From NCBI GenBank assembly GCA_030704615.1, contig CM060732.1, positions 51,212,001 to 51,276,000 of the forward strand: a stretch of 64,000 nucleotides of DNA, in the 5' to 3' direction. Source of the DNA: Takakia lepidozioides. Lineage: Eukaryota; Plantae; Bryophyta. This document shows, piece after piece, positions 21,665-33,790 of this stretch (within the stretch, counting starts at the first letter, position 1; each line of letters starts with the position of its first letter). Under the pieces are notes generated by a model. It ran no database searches and had not been told where the DNA came from. It saw nothing but the letters and a program-made list of their open reading frames with translations. The position numbers and the translations under genes were made by a program.

Positions 21665-23190
21665 TCAGGGCTGCCAGGCCTGCAATGCACACAAACATGA
21701 TGTGGCCGGGCTGAACCCCTTCCCCCATCATTTGCTCATAGGTCTCCAAAGCCTCCATCCCACGTCCCTACTGTGCATACCCTGCAAGCATCGCACTCCA
21801 CGACACCACATCTCGTTCAGCCATAGTGTTGAACACTCCCTTTGCATCCTCGCACCCACATTTTGCATACATGTCCACCAGGGTATTGTTCAAAATGACA
21901 TTTGGTACAATTCCAGCTCTGAAGGTGTCACCACAGACCTCCTTCCCCTTTTCCAGAGCTGCCAGGGCAGTGTTTCGAATGACATTAGGTACAATTCCAA
22001 CTTTGATGATATCCCCATGCACCTCTGTGCCCTTCTCCAGGGCTGCCCAGGCTTGCAATGCATACAAACATGATGTGGCCGGGCTGAACCCCTTCCCCCA
22101 TCATTTGCTCATAGGTCTCCAAAACCTCCATCCCACGTCCCTGATGTGCATACCCTGCAAGCATCGCACTCCACGACACCACATCTCGTTCAGCCATAGT
22201 GTTGAACACTCCCTTTGCATCCCCGATGCACCCACATTTTGCCTACATGTCCACTAGGGTATTGTTCAAAATGACATTTGGTACAATTCCAGCTCTGAAG
22301 GTGTCACCATGGACCTCCTTCCCCTTTTCCAGAGCTGCCAGGGTAGTGTTTCGAATGACATTAGGTACAATTCCAGCTTTGATGATATTCCCATGCACCT
22401 ATTTGCCCTTCTCCAGGGCTGCCAGGCTTGCAATGCATACAAACATGATGTGGCCGGGCTGAACCCCTTCCCCCATCATTTGTTCATAGGTCTCCAAAGC
22501 CTCCATCCCACGTCCCTGATGTGCATACCCTGCAAGCATCGCACTCCACGACACCACATCTCGTTCAACCATAGTGTTGAACACTCCCTTTGCATCCCCG
22601 ATGCACCCACAATTTGCCTACATATCCAATAGGGTATTGTTCAAAATGACATTTGGTACAATTCCAGCTCTGAAGGTGTCACCATGGACCTCCTTTTCTT
22701 TTTCCAGAGCTGTCAGGGCAGTACAATTCCAGCTTTGATGATATCCACATGCACCTCTTTGCCCTTCTCCAGGGCTGCCAGGCCTGCAATGCATACAAAC
22801 ATAATGTGGCCGGGCTGGACCGCTTCCCCCATCATTTGCTCATAGGTCTCCAAAGCCTCCATCCCACGTCCCTGCTGTACATACCTTGCAAGCATCGCAC
22901 TCCACAACACCACATCTCATTCAGCCATAGTGTTGAACACTCCCTTTGCATCCCCGATGCACCCACTTGCATATATGTCCACTGGGGTATTGTTCAAAAT
23001 GACATTTGGTACAATTCCAGCTCTGAAGATGTCGCCACAGACCTCCTTCCCCTTTTCCAGAGGTGCCAGGGCAGTGTTTAGAATGACATTAGGTACAATT
23101 CCAGCTTTGATGATATCCCCATGCACCTCTTTGCCCTTCTCAAGGGTTGTCAGGCTTGCACAAGCATTGCAATGCACACAAACATGATGT
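21665..23190 (-). pseudogene. Tandem array of about 4 units (about 370 bp each) of degenerate PLS-class PPR sequence
   Basis: Repeated [11 protein letters not shown]...[26 protein letters not shown]...[13 protein letters not shown] units that are near-identical at DNA level, with frameshifts and stops. Confidence 0.88.
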
Positions 23191-25828
23191 GAGAGGGCAA
23201 AACAGGTTGAAATAGGTCAAAAAAGAAGATGCCCTCACCACATTGTCCTTGAGGTTGTGTCATGACTTGACCGACCATCAACCCAGAAGGACCTCTTGTG
23301 TGTGCTGCTTGTGTCTGTAGTCAGGTAATGTCAGATTGGTCTGTGAGATCGAACCACCACGGTGTAGCTGAGTAGGCAGAGATTGAAACACGGCCTGCTA
23401 TGACCAAGCTAACTCTCCCAAGAACGGCAAGCTCGCAAGAATGTTGCGAGCTTCTCCTCGTCTCATCTCCTCCTCCTCTCCTCCTTCCTGCATCATTTGC
23501 TCAACGCCTCCATCCCACGCCCCTGCATATCCTGCGATCATCGCGTTCCATCCCTCGGCTACATGGTGTGGCGTAGGGAACAAAAAAAAAACGCCAAGTC
23601 CCAGCCCTCCTCTGTGTTCACGATTACCCTAGTGGGCAACCTTATTAACAACTTTTTAATTTTTTTAAACCTAATGGGCAACCTCATTAGCAACTTTTTG
23701 ACTTTTTAACCTTTTGCACTTTGATTCATTCTAGGTCAGAGGCTAAAGTCTTGCTATCAGACTTGTCTAGAAAACCAAAACACCACGTAGACAAACATTT
23801 GATAATGGTAATAAAATATATTACCATTGGGCTGGTTTGAACACTTGTTAGTAAATTTAGGTTAGGATTTTTTCGAAATATTCTGGTTTTTTCTTTGATG
23901 TGTGAGATGACAAAGTCCAAGCATGTCACATAAACAAGGAGTTCAACGTAAGGATGATGCAAGTGATTTGTGGCAAAAAGTGTAAATCATGCATATGCCT
24001 ATTTGTCCTAGTTGTGTCATAGGTTGCAACGGAATGGGGCCACCTTTGAATGCGATCCCCATGCTCATTTCACCAAGGGCATAGACTTGATAATGTAGAC
24101 TTGATAATGTAGAGATTGAAAATGGGGTGTATTCTTCACTTGCTAGTACCATCATGCAGATTTCTAAACATGAACATGAAGTTCATAATCATTTTCAAAG
24201 GGCATCATTCTCAAACTCCCCATACACCACAATCAGTGGAAATAATTGTATGTTCCCATTTCACACAGGTGTGTAACATGCCATGTAAACTAAGCCAACC
24301 CCTGCCACGCTCATGGCTGTTTTCACACCGTTCTTGCCTGGGGTGTGGACCACATGTGAGACACCCCACAGTTAGGGCATATTTAGACCCACACCTTGGC
24401 TCAGTGTACAGACCCGTGATAAAAGCCGTGGAATGTGCCAGGTGTGAGATGGCAGAGCCGTGGAAAAAACCGGTTTCTCTTCTAGTGTGGTTATGTGGCT
24501 TTCGAAAGAGTTTCTACTACACAAGCATTCTTATTTTGTTGCGAGGCACTCCTAGCCTGACGGCCTTGCCTGATGTTCAATAATGTTGTTATACTCAGTA
24601 GGATGTGGATGCGAAATTACTTGTACTCTCTAGCCTTTTATTCGCAAGCCCTTGTAAAACATTCACTGATGCATTGAGAACGACATGATGACAGAACATA
24701 GGATGCAGATAGTAGATACCTGTTCGCATAGCTGGTCTATATCAGTTGGAGTCTGAATAATGTGGCATGATATACCCTTGGTAAATAGGGTATCCAAAAA
24801 CACTCCCTCCACGCGCGCTACCTTCAAGCTCATCTCCCTCTGTTACAACTCCTAACTGTCTCTCACTCTCAATCTCGATAGCCACTCTCATTCTCGATAG
24901 CTGGAGTGCAGGACGTCTCTCTCTCTCTGATCGATGGTTGCCCACCGCGCCACATTTCTCTCTCTCTCACGGGCCCTTCTAGGATGAACAACATGCATTT
25001 GTCACATTCCTATGCGCCATGTACCATGCATGTCACTTCATCTGCTCCCATCACATCTACTTTTATGTTCTGTGCAGTACAACGATTTTGTAGTACATCA
25101 AATCCATGCCCTGCTCGAGCCCTCCATCGCTATTAACCGCGCACACCAACGGTCGACTGCGACAAACTTCACCCGTTGTTCTCTGGGGTCATGGCCTCTA
25201 ACAGCATAGAAGGCACGCACACCAGGCAGCCAGCGGACAGAGCTCGTAGGGGTACATATAATGTCCTGCCTACACATGTATTATCCAGAACCGCCTCTAC
25301 GCCATCCACATTTGCTCCGGATCTTGCGCCGGGTCTAACACCCTTACTATCGCGATGTCGGTTCTTTAGCCGGTTGGGAAGCTCGATGGGTTTTGTCGGT
25401 TCCCTTCCATAGCCGGTTCCTGTGGGGGCTGCATTTTCCGGTTGTGCATATGTGCATAACCGGCAAATAATCACCGTATATGCATGTCCATATGCCATAC
25501 CCGGCCAACAGTGATATATAAGCCTCACAGTTCTATTTGTGTTCTATGCATCTACATCTGCGAGCCAGTAGGGATTGAAGGACAAAGAAGCCACTTGGAA
25601 GCACTAAAGCTACGAATTTGGATCATGAGATCATAGCCTGGCAGGGGTTAACTAGTGCACTGTGACGTATTCCCAGGTGCCCAATCCAAACACGGCCTTG
25701 AGTTACTTCGTTGGTCTATTCTCAAGTTTTTAGTTGGACGTTTTTATCTCCAGGGAGTGTCTTAGTGTTACGCACAAACAGTCTTAAAACTATATCTTTG
25801 TGGAAGAGGTAGTCCGGCAACTCATCGA

Positions 25829-27300
25829 ATGGCTATCCAAACAAATTTTAGGAGTGAGGTTACATAAGTGAAAGTGTTGCAGTTTATCTTGCAACTGGTT
25901 GCTCTTGGATTGACAACAACCGTTGCATATTACGTGGCCACATCATAGCAGAGCACACTGTATTGGTACTGCAAATGGTGCCCGGACCCACGTCCATTGA
26001 ATTGACAATAGTGGAGACCCAGGGAAGTTACTTCCAAATATTCCCAACCGACGTGCAAATAAATATAGGGTGCAATTTATTTTGAAAAGATAAAAATTAG
26101 AAAACATTTAAAATTAGTAATGGGTACATTATATTGTGATTAGGGAATTAAAATGAATATAGGGTCTAAAATAATGACTCATTTAAAAAAATAAATTACT
26201 ATAGGGTTGAGATAATGCCTGTGGACACGTGTTATCTAGTGATTAGTCCGTGGACACGTCTTGTGCATTAGAGTTTAGGGTCTAATGGTAAGGGAAGACA
26301 TTGGGGGTTTCATGGTAAGGGAGGAGTTTCCTGTCGATTGTCATCTGTGAGGGACGGATTTTAGGCACAAGATTACCTTAGAATCCTGATGGATTGATAG
26401 CTACGAGAAACTTGCTTGGGTGGATGGTCGACTGGAAGCATGAGAAGCCACTGGCAGACAAAGTACGAGGAGAGCCAAGGGCTGACAGAGACGAGGAGAA
26501 GCTTCGAGGGAATTTTTTTTAATTGTATTATTAATATAGGGTGTTTAATATTTATTTTAAATAATAAAATATAATTAAAATAGCATACCAAAAATTCACC
26601 ATATTACAAAATTATGTAATTATAGGATTAAAAAAATACCCAAAATAAAAGTAATACCCCCTACAAAATACCTATTTATCTCACGTTTACAAGTGATAGA
26701 GAGTGATTTCCCCGGAAGTGGAGAGAGAGTCCAAGTACACCGCCATCTTCCCACTCAAGTTTTCTCTCACTTTACTTTTCATGAAAGTCATAATTTGTTT
26801 TTGATATAAATTTGTGTGTATATATGACTCATGACAAACATACAATTATTCTATTAAATTACATAACGATTCATAATCCGACAAAGTAATATATATCTAC
26901 TAATGCGGCAATGCATATTTCATTTCTATATCAACGTTGTTGTGGCCGGATATACCCTTTTACAACTCCTGATTAAAAAAAAGAAAAAAAAAAGTACATC
27001 ACTCGCTCAAGGTGTCCAAGTTGTGACATTCGCATTGGATCAATTGACATCATAGTTGCTTCTTGCAAGCGGTATGGCCTATGCTGAAATTGGATATATT
27101 GCCAAAGAAGGTGTACCAAGTGCAGAGTGGTTACCAATTTGCATCTTTGGGGAATTTTTCCATAAGGTGGAGATATCAATTGCAACAGGTATGGCTACTT
27201 TTCTTGTTGATGGATTTGTAGCTGCGATTTCTGCCTTCAACATTTTTCACCGCCTTGGCAAGGTGCGGGGGCCTTAAGGAGCCGGAGTGCAATATATGTT
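25829..27300 (+). pseudogene. Inverted duplicate of the CASP-like gene, disrupted
   Basis: Begins ATGGCTATCCAAACAAATTTTAGGAGTGAGG with an early TAA. Exon 1 is split by an insertion and exon 2 has deletions (LLASGMAYAEIGYIAKEG). Flanking homology spans about 25700-27537 versus about 3830-2684. Confidence 0.88.
26018..26716. mobile_element. 699-bp AT-rich MITE-like insertion with an 8-bp TSD in the CASPL pseudogene
   Basis: AGTGGAGA is duplicated at 26010-26017 and 26717-26724. Ends are CCCAGGGAAGTTACTT and, reverse-complemented, TCCGGGGAAATCACTC (11/16 match). Confidence 0.7.
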
Positions 27301-27569
27301 AGAGTTTATGGGCTGGAGCAACCAAAAAAGGGATAGGAGCTCTAGAAGCTTAGTTTTTAAAAAACTTGGACGATTTTATGATTTCATAAATACGGTATCA
27401 CAAAAACTTTTTTTAAAAATATTTTTAACTTGATTATTGGTGAAAAAGATGTTATTGTGGTTGATATAGCAAGGATTCTTTCAATCACAATGCTTGAATT
27501 TTTGTGTTGCACTATGACATATGAATTTGAATACCCGTCGGTCGAAAGCACTTTATTACCCAAACCATC

Positions 27570-29880
27570 AATATATGAAGCGAGACGATTGTTTTGTTTT
27601 GTTTGTTTTGTTTGTAGCGTCGTTGAGATCTCCCAAACCGCGGGGCCCTAGCCCCGGTGCTTGGTGTCGTTGGAAAGCCCTTGATGAGGAGGGGTGCTCC
27701 GGCTTGGTCTCATGATTTTTGGAGCCGCGGTGTGGGAGATATGGAGTTTTGAGTACTTTTGGTCATTGAAAATTCGGGAAAAATAGCAAAGTGGACTTTC
27801 TTGGAGTAGTGATTGGCCCTTCACGTGGGAGATTTGGACTTTCAAGTACTTTTGGTCACTGGAAATTCGCGCAAAGTGGATATATCAATATATTAAGCCT
27901 CGACAGGGGAGATTGCAAAAATAGCAAAGTGGGCTTTTGCAGTTGGGGAGACCTCCACGTCATTGGTCCAACAAGGTCTGTGGATGCATAGGGGATTGCA
28001 CTTGGACTTAGGTGACATTGGACATTGGAGGTCGCACTTGGGCCTCTACACGGGAGAAGCACTTGGATATATATGAGATTGCACATGGGCCAATAGCACA
28101 GGCTAACCTAGGCCTAGATCTCCCAAAGAGGAGGGTCTCTCTAGATACGTAGGGGATGGGGATTGCAAGTCTTGGACTTGGATGACATTGGACACTTGGG
28201 CCAACTACACTGGCTACCCTAGTCAATATATGAAGGAAGCCAGTTTGTTTGTTTTCTTTTCTTTTGTTTGTTTTGTCACGTTGAGATGTCCCGAACCGCG
28301 AGGCCCCAGCCTTGGTGCTTGGTACCGTTGGAAAGCCCTCGACGAGGAGGGGTGCGCGGGCTTGGTCTCATAATTTTTGGACCTGGGGTGTGGGAGATGT
28401 GGAATTCCAAGTACTTTTGGTTGCTGGAAATTCACGAAAAATAGCAAAATGAGCATTCATGGGACAATGGTTGGAGCCTCGACAGGAGAGATATCAAGGG
28501 AAAGGTCTCCGGTTCAAATCTGGTATAGGCTTTGTGAAAAAAAAATGCATTAGATGACATTGGACACTTGGGCCAACGACACAAGCTAGTACCCTAGAGA
28601 CGGGAGATATATCAATAATAATATGATATATTACTACTCAATATTTTCATGGAAATAAATTAATCGGGCCTTGACATGGGAGACGTACTTGGATACATAT
28701 GAGATTGTACACTAAGCTTAGATGGGCCTCGACATGGGAGACGCACATGGGAGATGCCTTTGGATATATAGGAGACACACTTGGATACATAGGAGATTGC
28801 ACTTGGGCTTAGATGACAATGGACACTTGGGCCAACGGCTTGGTCTCATGATTTTTGGACTTGCGGTGTGGGAGATGTGGAATTTCAAGTACTTTTGGTC
28901 GTTATTTCCCGAAAAATAGCAAAGTGGGCTTTCATGGGACAATGATTGGAGCCTCGACAAAAGATATATCAAGAATGATTGGATATATTACTAAAAAAAT
29001 TCATGGAAAAATATAAATTGGGCCTTAACATTGCCCATAAGAGACGTACTAGGATACATATGAGATTGCACTTGGGCTTAGATGACATTGGACACTCGGG
29101 CCTCTACACGGGAGATGCACTTTGGATACATGAATAGAAGATTGCACTTGGGCTTAGACGGGCCTTGACATACGAGACGCACTTGGATACATAGGAAATT
29201 GCACTTGGTCTTACAATTCAATTCTTCACACATGGGCTAAAGACACATGCTACCCTAGAGGTTGCACTTGGGCCTCGACATAGGAGACACACTGGGATAC
29301 ATAGAAGATCTTACACTTGGGCTTAGATAACACTGGACACTTGGGCCAATGGCACAGACTACTCTAGAGGTTACATTTGGGCCGCAACATAGGAGACGCA
29401 CTTGGATACATAGGGGATTGCACTTGGACGTAGATGACACTGGACACTTGGGCCACGGCACAGGCTCCCCTAGAGGTCGCACTTGGGCCTCGACATAGGA
29501 GACGCACTGGGATACATAGAAAATTGCACTTGAGCCAACGGCACATACTATCCTAGAGGTCGCACTTGGGCCTCAACATAGGAGACGCACTTGGATACAT
29601 AGGAGATCTTGCACTTGGGCTTAGATGACACTAGACACTTGGGCCAACGGCGCCACAGGCTACCTTAGAGGTCACTTGGGCCTCCACATATGAGACGCAC
29701 TTGAATACATGGGAGATTGAGGCTTGAACTTAGACGACACTGGACACTTGGGCCAACGGCACATGCTACCCTAGAGGCTGCACTTGGGCCTCAACATAGG
29801 AGACGTTCTTGGATACATAAGGGATTGCACTTGGACTTAGCTGATGACACTGGACACTTGGGCCAACGGCAGAGGCTACC
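27570..29880. repeat. Complex tandem repeat: about 100-bp CACTTGGG/GAGACGCACTTGGATACATA satellite interleaved with 3 copies of a CGTTGGAAAGCCCT...GGTCTCATGATTTTTGG repeat
   Basis: Units recur visibly and are most homogeneous at about 29250-29880. Confidence 0.85.
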
Positions 29881-30440
29881 CCGTTCTTCAAATGAATACA
29901 AGAATAAGGTGCAAATGATGCTTGTCGAGTCTTCACATGTCAATGTACTACAGGAAAAGTTAGCATCGAAGCTACATCATGAAAGGTTAAGGTCCAAGTT
30001 ATCAGAGATGCTCTTTTACAGCTCATTTCAAACCCAACCACTGCCATTTTCACCCCCTAGCCTATCGAAGTAATAGGGTGGTATCCCCAATGTCAGCCTC
30101 GGCCTCATTGGTGGTTATTTTTTCCACCGTCTGCAATATATTCAGGGCTCCGTTCCCTTTCATCCAAAACAGAAAAAGAAAAATAGTGATCGTCTTCAAG
30201 AAGATAAACACAATAACCGTCTAAATATGCCCTAATACCTGAGGATACTCTACATTGCATCCCATTCTGCATCAATTCAACTGGGATTAGTTTCATTGCA
30301 GATCTCCCCACCACCTTCGTGTACTCAGCAGATGAGGATCGTCTGCTGCTTCCGTTCATCACTCCCTCCCACCATCCTGCCAAATTACACAAAGAACTGA
30401 GCAAACCCTACGTATTAAAGCTTCTCATTTAACAATAATA

Positions 30441-31234
30441 GGGTCATGAATGCCCGCACATGTGACTGCGGCGGGGCCCGCGTGTGACATAGGGGGTCGT
30501 GGAGGGTGGAAGCGCCCCTACCCGGACCCCGCCAGTCTGCTTGTTGGGTCTACCCGACAAGCTGGTCTGCTTGGGCCCACAAAACACATGAGCTAGTCTG
30601 CTGGGGCCCACAATATCCACATAAAGCATTAGTTATTGCAAAGATTTGTAGAAAGTGGCAGGTAGTGTGGTGGTTAAGAGCAATGAATGATAAACATGAG
30701 GTGTGCTGTTTAAATCTCGTTATGTTGTACCGTGGCAGTAATGTGTGTTATTAAACATATATTTTGTCGAAGGGTCTGCTGGTCTGCTGAAGGGTCCAAG
30801 CCGGTCTGCTGGAGGGGGGTCTGCTCGGTCTGCTTGGAGGGTCTGCCCAGTGTGCCTCCCCTACATCAGCATCAGGAGAAGGTGGAACTGGACCTGTATC
30901 CTGGAATTTCACTATGTGTTGTCAGACTATGTGTTGTCAAGTAATTGAAAATGAATAACGTTATGGTGATATTTGAACACGGTGTCTATAGACTTAATAG
31001 GCTCGAATTACATGTGGGCCTCTGCTCGAGAGGTGCCAGTCCGCTCGTCGGTCTGGAGGGTCTACTAGAAAGTTGGAGTCGGTCTGTTGGAGGGTCTGCC
31101 CAGTCTGCTAGAAGGTCCGCCACAATAGATTAACAAGGACTTAGAAAAATTTCAGAATCTCGCGCCGACCCGATGAATGGGTGGTGGGCTCCCAAGGGTC
31201 GTACTGGTGGGGCCCGCCCGTGCATTCATGACCC
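30441..31234. mobile_element. MITE (794 bp) with 13-bp TIR and internal GGTCTGC repeats
   Basis: GGGTCATGAATGC ... GCATTCATGACCC, flanked by TA on both sides. The inverted match extends into AATAATA/TATTATT, so the exact ends are uncertain. Confidence 0.75.
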
Positions 31235-32012
31235 TATTATTAAACAATGAGAGGCGGTTGGACCCAATGGATGGATGAACTTACGACAGACGGAGAATCT
31301 TCCCCGGAAATCGATGAACGGAGGAGACAAACAGTTGTTGGCGCCAGCAACGCCGATGGTGGCACGTGGCGAGAACAGTGACGCAATCTCTGTGACACAG
31401 AATCCGGCTAGCCAACCAAAGCGCGGGTTTAGATAAGCTGGTTTCGCCACTTTAGCCAGGTTAGCCGCGCATGGCGAAACTGACATACTACGTGGCGTGC
31501 TGCAGGCCATTGCCTCAGCGGACCGCCAGCCGTGCGCTGGGAGTGGCTGCCCGGGCCGTTATGACCTGGGGCTTGCACCTATTTATAGCCCGACGCCACT
31601 CCAAATCGGGGCAAACATTATGGGATATGTTTTGGCATGTTTTATTGGCCAAAGGGTACGATTATTAGGACCAAATACGCAAGTTGACGCAAGTTGACCG
31701 TCAGCACAGAGCGCTGCAGCGTTCTCCTCCACACTCTCCCACTTTCTCTCACGCCCACGGATTGGAGGGGCAGCACAAACGTTGAGAGGCTGCTGGCACA
31801 CTGCGTTTGTAGAGTGTTGCAGAAGGCACTGTTGCTTGTGGAATGCTTGTGAGCTCTCGTGTTGGGGATGGCTGGGCTCGGAAGAATTTCAACTGTGTGA
31901 GTACTGCAGTGAGTGAGAGAAGCACGTCTTGAAGCATCGTGTCACTCTCATGCGCTCAATCTGAGCTGAGCATCTGCGTTGGAAGCAGCACACCAACACA
32001 CTGGAGGATTGG

Positions 32013-32684
32013 ATGTGTGAGCGGCGTGCTAAGAGGAGAAGCTTCGACGATGACGGCCGGAAAGAATCCAAGAGGCGGGGCTGGGACGTAGCTGCTGCCC
32101 AGGTTCCCCACTCTCTTGGGTCCTGGAGTAGTACTTCTTTCGGTACAGAGCAGGCCGAAGGAGCGACGCAAACTAGTCAAGTCGCGGGTGCTTCATCGTA
32201 TGGTTCTAGATGCAGTCATGGATCACTGCCTATTTCTATAGTTGAGAGGGCAGCTGATAGAGCCCCACCTTGGTGTCACATGCAGCGCCAAGCTATTGTA
32301 GATGCCGGCGTAGATAATGCCACACATGCTGCACCCAGTACCGCAGTTGAGGTTCCAGACTTGTGGACTGGGGATAGCAGTCTGATGGAGGGCATGGAAG
32401 GGTGGGACGTGGGAGTGGTGCCTTACAGTGAGAGCATATCACAGAGGGAGAGGTTGCAAAACGTGAGGCAGCAGGTTGCCGGCAAGGTGGACATTCCAGA
32501 CAGGTGGGGCGGCGAGGAGCACCTTCATGACTGGGTGGGTACTGCTTCCGTAGAAGATGCATTGCGTCCCCTTGGCCTCATGATGGCGCGTGCAGCAATG
32601 GTAACAGATTCACTGGCCCTTTCCCAACGAACAACATCTTCCGGCTCCAGTATCAGCCTGTCTCTGGATGTGCCCGCAAGCTAA
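32013..32684 (+). CDS. BIC1/BIC2-like protein (blue-light inhibitor of cryptochromes family), intronless, 223 aa
   Basis: C-terminal RERLQNVRQQVAGKVDIPDRWGGEEHLHDWVGTASVEDALRPLGLMMARAAMV matches the conserved BIC domain pattern RERLK..R..VAG.V.IPD.WG.E..L..W. Confidence 0.8.
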   Translation: MCERRAKRRSFDDDGRKESKRRGWDVAAAQVPHSLGSWSSTSFGTEQAEGATQTSQVAGASSYGSRCSHGSLPISIVERAADRAPPWCHMQRQAIVDAGVDNATHAAPSTAVEVPDLWTGDSSLMEGMEGWDVGVVPYSESISQRERLQNVRQQVAGKVDIPDRWGGEEHLHDWVGTASVEDALRPLGLMMARAAMVTDSLALSQRTTSSGSSISLSLDVPAS

Positions 32685-32711
32685 CAGGGTAACAGCACTA
32701 AGTTCAGTTAC

Positions 32712-33790
32712 GAACCAGGAACAAATGAGAGAAAAAGTACAAAACAGACCAAGCTGGTACTCTGCTTTACAAGCATGTCTTTGGCTCGGTTTATGAGGAT
32801 GCATTCTATGCACAGAACGTATTATATAAAAGGACAATGAGTACTGTCTAAAGGCGAAGGCTGCATACTAGGGCTGCATCCACCGGAGAAGTTGGATTTA
32901 ATGAACCAACTGCTGTTGGAAATGAACAAGCTCAAGGGCGAGAAGGTTGCACTTGAGGAAGAGATTAAGGTGCAGCAATGCTCCCAGGTGCATGAGCGTG
33001 TAAAACGCACTGTCACAGCTCGCGATGTGGCCATGGCTGCCAGTGACAAAGTGCGCTCCTCATTTCCCTCTCTTCATGAATGTTTCTATCAATTTTCAAT
33101 GTACCATCCCCATTGGAAAATGAGGAGGGCCTTAAAGAAAATTGGTTGGGGCAGGTAGGAGATTCAGAATTAGCATGGATGTTGGCAAGAACACGGCTAC
33201 AACAGCTGACCACAGTGCTGCATCACAACTAGTGCTCACCGAATGTAGTCCCCAACGTAGCATGGCCGTGATCAACCTTCCATCATCCGCTGACAGAATG
33301 GTATGCATGGGCTATATTGCTTAGAGACTCCTACAAGAGATGGGTTTCACAAGTAATTCACTGACTGCCCTGGTCGTGAATGTCATCTTGTGGTGTATAT
33401 TGGTCTTATTTTAGGATATTTGGCTTTTAATCTAATATTACCATTGTGATTGTGTGCTAAGGATTGATTTGCTTGTGGAAATTGCAGGCATCGATTTGGA
33501 CTTAGTCCAAAATTGATGGGAGGGGTTGGAGGGGATTGGTCCAACTTGCTGGTGAGAGATTCTCAATCCCAAGTCGACAGTGATTGAGCCTTGGACCCTT
33601 ATGCTATATAGCTCTCTTGCTTGTGGCTCTGTGGTTCTATCTTGTGCCTTCTCTTTCAATCGGCTGTTGGTAAGCACCTACTGGTTACAGGCCTGCTACT
33701 ATTTTTTCCACCCAGCTTCATAACATTTGCTCATCTACATGTAACTGTCTTTGTGATATAATTGTGGTCTTCTGTAAATGATTTGAGTAG
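32712..33790 (+). pseudogene. Inverted partial duplicate of the coiled-coil gene (last exons and 3' region, plus a piece of upstream intron)
   Basis: 32880-33790 is the reverse complement of about 41550-40470 (NQLLLEMNKLKGEKVALEEEIKVQ). 32712-32830 matches about 46515-46395. Confidence 0.8.

Larger units (their letters stand above)
8216..24487. mobile_element. Probable non-autonomous CACTA-like element carrying PPR relics; hosts the nested MULE
   Basis: The right end is GCCGTGGAAAAAACCGGTTTCTCTTCTAGTG (CACTAG on the reverse strand). The left end ACCGGCTTTTTCCACGGC matches the inner part of that TIR, but the terminal CACTA is missing. TTTCCACGG/CCGTGGAA subterminal repeats cluster at 8220-8500 and 24320-24470. 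No TSD could be resolved. Confidence 0.45.
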
